Shown here in pieces: positions 50,865-60,264 of a DNA stretch of 64,000 nucleotides (the first letter of the stretch is position 1; every line of letters starts with the position of its first letter). Source of the DNA: Corallochytrium limacisporum Hawaii (Eukaryota > Protista > Pluriformea); assembly GCA_002811645.1 (NCBI GenBank), contig PDIP01000122.1:118060-182059 (forward strand), in the 5' to 3' direction. A model generated the notes under the pieces. That model was not told the DNA's origin, searched no databases, and saw only the letters and a list, made by a program, of their open reading frames with translations. Both the position numbers and the translations under genes were made by a program.

Positions 50865-52748
50865 TTTCTAGTGATATTTAAACCTGAGTTCCAAGTTTGA
50901 GTAAAGTTTTATTACCAAAACCCCACCAACTTTGCTCGAGTTGTCGGTCCTAATTCATGGTACGCTGATCTTACAAAAATATCCCACACTGATGACCACA
51001 GCCTGAACACAGCAAAGATATTTTTGACTGGTCTCACAGTTGATCCGCTTGGTAAGTCATTTCAGATTCAACTCCTTCAGGTTTGAATACCTTTCTATTT
51101 GATCATGAAGAGAAAACAGGCTTATGAAGATGGCAATCAATGATCGTGAACAATTGCCAAAGAAGTGGAAACGGAGCTCATCTTCCTGCGCCCCATTGCG
51201 GTTCTCAAACCCTTGGCGGGAGCTCCCCCGGGGAAGCCTCTCTCTCCCTTGGGGCCGCACGAGTGCGCTTTACGGCGGCGCAGATCCAAAACAATTTTGA
51301 GGTCTATCAGTTTCCCCGAGTATTTTTGTATTTTATAGAAAACCGTATATTATCTTTATATATATTTGGTGTTTGAAATTATAAAAAATAAAAATGACCG
51401 GATATATCATTGATTATAAAAATATCCGGGAATATGAATACACGGCAAAATTCACATATGCGAAGAAGATGGGCAAATATACGTACATCTTTTATTCAGC
51501 AGCTAGTCTTAAAAATAGACTCCCAATATATTCCATCGTTTCTAATCAATATTTAGCGAGGATCCAGTGGGTTCTACAAGCCCCAGAACGAAAGTGAGGG
51601 AATGAGCGTGGAGAGCACGGGGCTGTCTTGTCATCATCTCCAGGTTCCGTCAATGTTGCCCTCCTATACGAGAACAATCCCCGAAAGTTTCATTCGCAAT
51701 ACGTCCCTGTGGAGAAGGCTGCTGCTCTGAGGGTCTCCAACGACCTGCAAAAACTCGAGGACAGCAATCGCAGTGCGTCCGGGCAAGGCTGAGGTTGGGA
51801 GACCAGGGAGGAGCCTCCGATGGTATCGTTTTCCTTTTGCCGTGGGGCCTGTCGCTCGCCTGGTCACTGGCTGCGTCGTTAACCGCGGCGGGCGAGGGCA
51901 ACGAGTAGGTATTGTTCCTTATCCCAATTTTGTTGATGGCGCAACGGCAGGGCTGGTACTGGACCCTGTTAAAGGTCATAAGAGGGGCACCTGTCCACCC
52001 AAATAAATACACACAGCATCCGTTAGCAAAAAAATCTAACCAAGGGCTCCACCGTCACGGGGGACTCCTTAGTATGTAAGAGCCTCTACCATCAGGAGCT
52101 ATGAACAGCACAATATTCTCACCACTAGATGGTCGGTAGATCTCCGTTCCATCAGTTTTCGTTTTCTATCGCTTCCTTCATCAATAATCTCATCCTTCCT
52201 TACTCGCTTCGAACACCCCCTCCCGCCTTCCCCCCTCCTCCCTGTGTTTAGTTTTTTCATGTCATCGGGGACGGGATGGGAAACGACAGGTTGGGGACAA
52301 CAACTTCATTTTTTTTTTCCCGTGAGACCTTTGGTTTTCACCCGCCTCTCCTCTCTGTCTGTGTATCTCTTGATCTACCAGTGCAAGCAGGTGCTCAAAC
52401 TCTCGTATCCCCGTCCTTGTCCAATTCGCTGGTTCGTTGCCTTTTGGTTGCTCTTCATTACGCAGAAATTTCGCACCAAAGGCTCATGTCTGCACAGCTG
52501 CTCACTATAGGCAGTCTTTGCTGTCGTGCGGAAAAGTCAGAAAATTAGAAGAAAATCGAAGTGCGAAGAGAAGAAATTTGGCACAAGAAGAATTTTGCGA
52601 ATTGCTCCGTCCAGAAAACAACAACTGCTAAGTAAGTAAACGTGTGAAGTGCGATGATTTTATACAATATGAGATGGGATGGAAAAATGGAAAATGTTAT
52701 TGGGAAGGGTGGTTGGGGCTGTGCTGCTAAAGGGTCCACCGGGGGCCT

Positions 52749-53786
52749 TCAATACGCAGTGAGGCCTCTGAAGCGCTTACGTCTAGGTTGCTGGTCCTCT
52801 TCGACATCGTCCGAGCTGTACTTGTGATTTAGCTTGGACATCAGGATGGCGGTAACCTCATTTCTACTTGTAAACATGACACGCCGCGGGGGAGTGTTGT
52901 CTCCATCAGTTGACGAGTTCGGTGATGGAGTTACCGACGCCGCACTGCGGCGCTTCCGAGAGTTATAGCCTGGAACCCATTGATGATAGCTTGGTTCGTC
53001 GATGGCATATGGTGTTGATGTTGATGACGAATATGTGCTGCTGGTAGACGGCGCACGTCTTACGATTGGACCAGGAGTTGTGTTTACGAAAGGTGCCATC
53101 GAAGGATGCATGGATCTAGAGCAGTGCATAAGGGGGGTTGCCGCTGGGAATGTCGTGTATGGCAGGGCATTGTAAGCAGATCCTGCTGCCGTTGGGGTTA
53201 CAGAGATGGGTGCAAACAGAGGCATCGTCATGCAGGCCAAGGCCTCGCGTTGTGACATGTCCGCCCACCTGGAAAACTCATCTTCGCTGACAAACAGATT
53301 GTAGCTCAGAAGGGACAGGATAAATCCCTCCATTCTGTTGAAATCCTTGACGGTTAGACCAACGAACGCGGACCAGTAGATGTTGCCGTACTGTCTGTCT
53401 GACAAATACTTTAATGCCAGGAGCAGACATACAGACACAATACAATGTCCGCATGTATTGACCACATCAGGGCACCGTTTCATCAAACGGTCTGTGATGA
53501 TACATGCGACGATGAAGACTTCGTTGTCAATAAGCGGTACTTGCGTACTGCGATTTACGGCATCTAGATCACCAATGAAACGGGCAAGTGATCGTCTCCG
53601 TGCGATTTCACACGCACAGGGCCTATTAAACGAGAGGCATAGCCTCCGGATGAATGAGAATCCTAGCCAGGCCATGGGCATATGTGCATCATGGTACTTC
53701 TCACGCCATTGAACTGGGAGCTCATTTCCCAGCTCAGCCGCAGGCCTACGCCGTTTAAGCTGTGATCGAGACATTTCTCCAATCAT
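52749..53786 (-). CDS. Pho80/Pcl-type (Pho85-class) cyclin
   Basis: Cyclin box LLLALKYLSDRQYGNIYWS..VGL.VKDFNRMEG.IL.LL.YNLFV, followed by an S/T/P-rich tail. Confidence 0.85.
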   Translation of the reverse strand: MIGEMSRSQLKRRRPAAELGNELPVQWREKYHDAHMPMAWLGFSFIRRLCLSFNRPCACEIARRRSLARFIGDLDAVNRSTQVPLIDNEVFIVACIITDRLMKRCPDVVNTCGHCIVSVCLLLALKYLSDRQYGNIYWSAFVGLTVKDFNRMEGFILSLLSYNLFVSEDEFSRWADMSQREALACMTMPLFAPISVTPTAAGSAYNALPYTTFPAATPLMHCSRSMHPSMAPFVNTTPGPIVRRAPSTSSTYSSSTSTPYAIDEPSYHQWVPGYNSRKRRSAASVTPSPNSSTDGDNTPPRRVMFTSRNEVTAILMSKLNHKYSSDDVEEDQQPRRKRFRGLTAY

Positions 53787-54175
53787 TTCTAACAGAACCC
53801 GAACCTAAGCCTGTTGGGACGACATAATGCAAGTCTCCTATAACAGAATGATATTGACTAGAGAACTTGGGATATTCGCTATTGTGTACTAGAAAGAGTT
53901 TAAACCATGATCCCGATCATCAATAGCGTATACACGTTACAACATTCAAGTACCAACATATGACTATATGTATCATCCACAGCATATCTGTATCGAGAGA
54001 CCTCGAGTGGAAACAGCCCTGCCTGTCTCTCCCCTCCGTTTCCCTAAGTTTCTGGGACCCACTCTCTATCCCTATGAGAGGGGCCCTCCCCACTGCAAGT
54101 TCTGGCTCTTTGCCTCCCTCCCGTCCCCCCTTCCCCCCTCCCTCCAATCCTCTTCCCTCCCCTTCCCTACCGCCT

Positions 54176-54438
54176 NNNNNNNNNNNNNNNNNNNNNNNNN
54201 NNNNNNNNNNNNNNNNNNNNNNNNNNNNNNNNNNNNNNNNNNNNNNNNNNNNNNNNNNNNNNNNNNNNNNNNNNNNNNNNNNNNNNNNNNNNNNNNNNNN
54301 NNNNNNNNNNNNNNNNNNNNNNNNNNNNNNNNNNNNNNNNNNNNNNNNNNNNNNNNNNNNNNNNNNNNNNNNNNNNNNNNNNNNNNNNNNNNNNNNNNNN
54401 NNNNNNNNNNNNNNNNNNNNNNNNNNNNNNNNNNNNNN
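54176..54438. other. Assembly gap (263 N)
   Basis: Run of N flanked by C-rich tracts. Confidence 1.
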
Positions 54439-55738
54439 CCCCCCCCCCGGGGGCCACCCTCCTTCCCCAGCTCCTTAATATCTTCGCCGAGAACCGCGGA
54501 GTCAAACTCGAATGAGTTTTGCGAAAAAATTCACCAACGGAGCTCCTCGTGACCTCTCCTTTTGGTGTTGGACCGGTTCTTGTTGGTGTGCACAAAATTT
54601 GATAGCGGTCTTCAGAACTCGAGCTTGCTTGTGTGTATAGTGAGGGCTTGTAGTCCCGTGGACCCTCCCCTTGTAAGTCGTCTGCCTGGACTCTTCGCTG
54701 TCCGCTCGTCGCGCAGATCTGAAGGCCTTTTGGGCCAGAACGGAAACGACTTGGACGAGAAAGGCGAGGAAAAAAAACCAGAGCCATAGAAGCAGGCGTA
54801 CCGAGCGAAAAAAAAACGGAGGAAGTGATGAAGACGAATAGAATTGGCTCGTTTCTTTCCGTTTGCTTTTACATTTTGCAGGACGGATGCCCAAATATTT
54901 CTACACAAACCGAAACAGTTGATCGATCATTTATTGGAGATGTTGGTCGGACAGGCACATTTTCGTCCCGGTTGCGGGCCAATCGCCATTAACTGCGAGG
55001 AGCATGCATGCAATAGATACCAGCAGACCCATAAACGGGAACTGTATGCGGACAGCAGCCAAATGGACCCTCCCCAGGACCCCAAGACTTTGGGAAAACA
55101 TGTCCACGTCGGTACACCTCCCCCTTCCTGCGCTTAACATACGTGTGTCCGTTCCTGGGTACACAACCAATTTTTTTCTCCCTCTCCCCCAGTTTTTGTT
55201 ACCCCAAAAGGGGAGAGTGCGACCCAACACCGGGTTAAATTAGGAGGGGGAGGGGGAGCATATGGTGTACGTAAAGGCGATTTGGTGTTGGCTCACACAC
55301 GGTAAGTATTTTTTTTGTTGACACAGATCCGGCAGATTTGGTGAGTGGTCGCTTCTCTATGCCGGTGAATAGTACGGAAGAAGGGGTGGGGGGGGAATGG
55401 GGGACCCAAAAAGCAAACCGAATCCGACGGGTCGGGTCAGAGCCTCCTGTTCTTTTCTTTTTTCCCCTTCCTTCCTTCCTTCCCCCCTCTCCCCTTCTCC
55501 CCTTCTTTTCGGGTGGGGAAGCCTTCACCGTTTTTCCCTGTTTATCGGTGTTTCACCGGGGTACGGGATCCTAAACCCGGTTGAAGAAGTTTTTTTCCAA
55601 TTCCTCTTTTTGGTTCTTGGATTGTGCGGAACTAGGGGTGGTTTTGTTCTCTATCTTTTGCCGCACACACGCAAGGGATTGGGTGGGGAGGGGAATAATA
55701 CAAAGAATGGTAAATGGTCCTCTTTGATGGGGTCAGAC

Positions 55739-55796
55739 AAAAAAAAAAGAAAAAAAAAAAGAAGGGGAGAAAGGGAAAAAAAAGGGGGGGGGGGAA
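55739..55796. repeat. 58-nt uninterrupted polypurine tract
   Basis: Only A and G from 55739 to 55796, just downstream of the rhomboid stop codon. Confidence 0.9.
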
Positions 55797-55815
55797 CTAA
55801 CTGGAAATGGTGATA

Positions 55816-56823
55816 CTAATTTATTGATTTCTTTGCTTTCTCCCAGATCAATATTACATTCTGTCCGAACTTGGAAAGTATGGGAGCCCCGTATGACATA
55901 AAAGCAATGCCGAAGGCGGTCCCACCCAAGTGCGCTGCGTGGTCCAGGGTCTGCCAGCCGGCGAGTACACCGTAGCTGTCCAGTGCGACAATGCCACCGA
56001 GTGCGTACTTAGCCGGAATCGCCACGAACGGTAAGAACACTAGAGCCAAATTGGCCTCCGGATTCAGCGTAATGTCTGCCGCAATGATGGTAAAGACCGC
56101 CCCGGAGGCACCTAGCGACGCCAACGCCGACCCTGTAGCGAGCTTCGCAATGGAGCTAGCGAACGACGCAAAGACACCGCCCGACAGATAGAGGCCTACG
56201 AACCGTTCCGGTCCGAGCACATCGTAGACTGAGGAACCGAACTGGTAGAGTGCGAACATATTGAGGGCCAGGTGCGCTGGGTTCTTGTGGCTAAAGGTGG
56301 ACAGCAGCATGCTGATAGGCTTCGCCCCCGGACTGTCCACGAACCGGCGGGACAGCACTCCGTACCGAAGGCTTCTTGACCGCCAAGCAAGGAACACCAG
56401 GCCATTGGCTGCCATAAGAGATCCAAAGACCTTCTGTTTCGGCTCAATATCATCCCATTTGGCACGAAGTTTCTCCCAAACAGTTACGGTTAGCTCGTCT
56501 TCATCTTTGTATTTGACCCCGGTGAATGAACCTGTGATCGACTTCCATATACTCTCTGCCGGAGATATCTCTTCATTTCGCTCTGCCAGGAAGCGCTCAT
56601 ATTCAACAACTGTTCCCGCAGCAAAAGCAAACACCGTAAAACTCGCCAAAAATGATAACCGTCCTCCTATGCTTGACCCTTGCTTATGAATGGCCGGGTA
56701 CTCTATGTGCGTATTAATGCCCTGACGGATTTGAAGTTTTGCGGTCCGTTTGAATTGTAACGCCGGGTTCGACAGCCGAACGCATGGTCGACACGAACTT
56801 GTCTTGCTAAGGAGCCTTAGCAT
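55816..56823 (-). CDS. PARL: Mitochondrial rhomboid protease PARL/Pcp1
   Basis: Arg/Ser-rich presequence MLRLLSK (ATG at 56823), STFSH...HLALNM, catalytic GASG and DHAAHLGG. Confidence 0.9.
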   Translation of the reverse strand: MLRLLSKTSSCRPCVRLSNPALQFKRTAKLQIRQGINTHIEYPAIHKQGSSIGGRLSFLASFTVFAFAAGTVVEYERFLAERNEEISPAESIWKSITGSFTGVKYKDEDELTVTVWEKLRAKWDDIEPKQKVFGSLMAANGLVFLAWRSRSLRYGVLSRRFVDSPGAKPISMLLSTFSHKNPAHLALNMFALYQFGSSVYDVLGPERFVGLYLSGGVFASFASSIAKLATGSALASLGASGAVFTIIAADITLNPEANLALVFLPFVAIPAKYALGGIVALDSYGVLAGWQTLDHAAHLGGTAFGIAFMSYGAPILSKFGQNVILIWEKAKKSIN

Positions 56824-58265
56824 TATAAGAAAATGTGTTTGGTATGGGACTTTGTGGATTACATTGGGATTTGTCACACGGTCTTACCTCGTTCTCTTTC
56901 TCTGGATCCCACTCCTCAACCCGACATCTTCATTTTGCCTGTAGGTTGACGAAATTATTCAATTACCTTTCAACCACCAAAACCACACGGATAATTATTT
57001 GTTGTACTGGTCTCGGTGACGTTGCCCATAGACGGCGTTTGGACCCATGCGACACGCAAAGGCAAAAACGGGTTCGCTTTTTCACTGTGTCTTCTGTCAT
57101 TTCACGGGTAAAATTTCCTACTGACCGGCCGTCCGGCGGTTCTGTTTGCCTGGTATGACATCCCCCCCCCTCCCTCTCCGGCAGAGGGGCCCTGTCGCCC
57201 TCGCATACAGTGCCAACCGCCACCCCTCGAGTTTGTTTCCCACCGATCGCAATTTCATAGCCAATCTATGACAATCTGTGACCAACCTGTCGGTTGCTCA
57301 ATGTGCAAGAGCGCCCTCTCACCTTTTTTTTCTTTCGCTTCCACTGAAAAGCGCCACCGTCCTTCGGTGCCGATGGGTGCCAGTGGCGTCCGTTGCTCTC
57401 CCCTTTCTTTTCCTTTCGCTGCCGCAGGCTCTCTCCTTTTTTTCTTTCATTTTTTTTTGGTCACGTTCCCCATAGTCACGCTGAGAAACACTCAGGCACG
57501 GGAATTGATGGAGGTTGGGCCACGCCGAGCAAACACAGGCAAGTATCGCCACTGGGACGCCCAGATGGGAAATCGCGTGCTCACGGTTGACAGCCCAAGC
57601 GATGACGGGGAGGGGGGTCACTGGAAGGGGGGGGGGACACAGAGGGGGACACCCTTCCGTCTGCCCGTGTCCCGGTGCAGAGCACCTTCATTTTTCCTCT
57701 CGGCGGCGCGCCCTTCCAAGCCCGGCTAACATTTGAAATTTAGGTGGAGAAACTTGGATGTGGGGGGGGGTGGAGGGGGGGGGGACAGATGACGGAGAGC
57801 GATAAAAATTTGTTGGGTGTCCTTCCACACAGAACCCCAAGTGAAGAGACACACTGGAGTCATTCCTCGTTCGGAGGCCGCTGTGTCGCCAGGCGGGTCG
57901 GGTTGATGGGCAAGGGAGAGCGGGCAGTCCGTCGCTGGTCCCTGAGCCTCTTGATTAATAATCAGATTCAGTACTGAATATACTGATCTGATAGGTTGGG
58001 ATTTGGAAATTTCGGACGTATCTTTAATGTTGAGAAACTGACTCAATCAGCAGATACAAAAGAAACGAATTGTGTAGAGAGAATACAGCAGACCAATCGG
58101 TGGAAGGGTAGGGAGGCCCGAAAAAACGTGGCCCGTTTTTGCATACGCACACGACGAAGCAGCCAAAAAGGTATTTGTTAGCGCAAGTGGTTACCGCGTC
58201 TGCAGCAGCATTTTGGCTCAGCGTCGCCGTAATGTAATAGGAGACATTCACAATAGTTGTACACC

Positions 58266-59603
58266 ATGTCTTCCTGGTTTGGCTCCGGTGGGATCAAGAA
58301 AGCAGAGTCGGCTGCCACCACAGAGAAAGGCAAGCGGAGCGATCGTATAGCGCATCTGGAGAGCAAACTCAATAAGGGGCCTGCGGTGCCTCTTGCTGCG
58401 ATCGGAGCAAGTGATCAGGATGAACAGGAGACAGAAGAGGCCATTGACTACTTTGCAAAGGCTGGAGATGTTCTGAAGAAACAACAAGCGCGTGATGTCA
58501 ACGAAGAAGTGAAACAGGCTAAGAAGCGGCTGCGGCAGTGGGCTAATGTGCAGTTCAAGGCTTACCAGCAAGCGGATCTGGGCAAACTAGGAAATGATAT
58601 TGAATATGATGAACTTGGATTCGAGGGCAAAAGCCATGTCTACGGCAATTTGGGGGCTCTGGCAGCTGTGGCCTCAGACTGGGACAAACGCGCTTGCAGT
58701 GGCTACAGTAAATCATTCCCCAAAGACCTCCTGCGGGCAGGAGTGCCCCTGCGTCAACGACCCAATGTGTGGTATCGCATCTCTGGAGCAAAATCGCTCG
58801 CTGAGGCCCCAGACGCGCGACGGTTCGAGGCGTACGCCGCAGAGGCGGAGCACAAGATTGACGACAAGGATGCGCTACAGATTGAGGCCGATCTTCACCG
58901 CACCTTCCCTTCGAACAAGTATTTTTCCATGGGCGGCCATAAGACAGCACTGCAGAATCGGGTCAATGTGCAGAATTTTTCGGACAAACAGCCTAAGGCC
59001 CTTCTTGAGCTGCGCAAGATTCTCACTGCCTACTGCATTCGCAATCCGAAAATTCGTTACTGCCAGGGCATGAACTTCGTGGCAGGATTTGCGTACCTGG
59101 TCACGGAGGACACAGAGAAGAGCTTCTGGATCATGGCGGCCATCGTGGAACTACTGGTACCCGAGTACTTCTCGGAAGGCATGACCGGCGTCATGGTGGA
59201 TACTGAGGTGACTCGGGCTTTGGTGCTGGAGAAACTGGATTCCACGGCCCACTTCTTACAGAAGCTGCCATTCTTGATCATCTGCAGCAATTGGTTCCTT
59301 ACCCTCTTTGTGGGCAATGGAACTTCAGAATTTGTAATGCGCATTTGGGATGCGTTCCTCAACGAGGGTAGTAAAGTTCTTTTGCGGATTGCTGTGGCTC
59401 TGTTCAAGACCTATCTGCCTGATCTGCGCATCATTGCGGACTCCGATGTCGACGTGCTGTGCACCGAAATCAAAGACCTGCCAACCCGGGTTAAAGACAT
59501 TGATGCACTCTTCAAGACTGCTTTCAAAGACATTGGATCTTTGCCATCGTCAAAGGTGGAGAAGCTCAGGGCCAAGGAACGTTCCGCCATTGCCGGTTCA
59601 TAG
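58266..59603 (+). CDS. TBC-domain Rab GTPase-activating protein (GRTP1/TBC1D6-like)
   Basis: GVP...RP.VW..ISGA, arginine finger IEADLHRTFP, glutamine finger YCQGMNF, RIWDAFLNEG. First ATG at 58266. Confidence 0.92.
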   Translation: MSSWFGSGGIKKAESAATTEKGKRSDRIAHLESKLNKGPAVPLAAIGASDQDEQETEEAIDYFAKAGDVLKKQQARDVNEEVKQAKKRLRQWANVQFKAYQQADLGKLGNDIEYDELGFEGKSHVYGNLGALAAVASDWDKRACSGYSKSFPKDLLRAGVPLRQRPNVWYRISGAKSLAEAPDARRFEAYAAEAEHKIDDKDALQIEADLHRTFPSNKYFSMGGHKTALQNRVNVQNFSDKQPKALLELRKILTAYCIRNPKIRYCQGMNFVAGFAYLVTEDTEKSFWIMAAIVELLVPEYFSEGMTGVMVDTEVTRALVLEKLDSTAHFLQKLPFLIICSNWFLTLFVGNGTSEFVMRIWDAFLNEGSKVLLRIAVALFKTYLPDLRIIADSDVDVLCTEIKDLPTRVKDIDALFKTAFKDIGSLPSSKVEKLRAKERSAIAGS

Positions 59604-59872
59604 GCAAAAAATATACACAGTAGCTGGATACCTCGCTTCGTAGTTCCATCGGGCACACATAGTGAACCCACCGGAAGTGTCCCCTCCCGTCGACTTCAGT
59701 ACATTAACCACCGGGCCCCCCGCAGCAGGAGGGCCAGAATTATGCAAAGAGTTTTCGAAAGGGCGAGGGAGAAAGCCCCGCAGTTTGGCGCGCTTGCTGA
59801 GTTTAATATTGTCACGCACTGCGAGTCTCCTCCCCGGTTCACGGGATCCCGTTCGGACGCCCGGTGGATTAT

Positions 59873-59958
59873 CCCCCCCCCCCCCCCCGGGGGAGGGTTA
59901 GCAGGGAGTTAGTTAGTTTCGGGAGGGAAAAGAAAAGCCCCTCTTCCCCCACGGGGGG
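59873..59958. promoter_or_regulatory. Candidate promoter C-tract/G-tract elements
   Basis: C16-G5 and CCCCCACGGGGGG, about 310-390 bp upstream of the 60265 ATG. Confidence 0.4.
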
Positions 59959-60264
59959 CATTGGGGTAGATTGCCAACGGGGATCGGTGGCTATTGTGGC
60001 ACCAACCGCTGAGTTGTGGATACGAGTACGGTTGGTGGGCGTGTCTTGTCATTCTTGAATGATCCCGACAACGTACGAGAAACACGGGGGTTTGTGCATA
60101 TCCCGGTAATACAAGAGACTGACAAACGTTTGTGCCTTGGCTTTCTACGCCATAGTGCAATAAGTGATTTCTAAGGGAAATAGATTAACATCACAGACGT
60201 TATGCTGCTGTCTCTTGGCCTCCTTTAGGTTGCAGAGTCATTGAGCAGATCCCGTGAGGTAACA

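Noticed and set aside
51300-51600. AT-rich island with a 67-aa ORF, possible foreign or transposon remnant
   Set aside because: It has no terminal repeats, target-site duplication or recognisable coding motif.
53960-54787. ORFs spanning the N run
   Set aside because: These are artefacts of translating the assembly gap.
55302-55326. 25-nt micro-intron lookalike GTAAGT...TTGACACAG (a similar 21-mer lies at 25165-25185)
   Set aside because: There is no plus-strand host gene, and short GTAAG...AG matches arise by chance. The reverse complement diverges from U1 snRNA after ATACTTACC.
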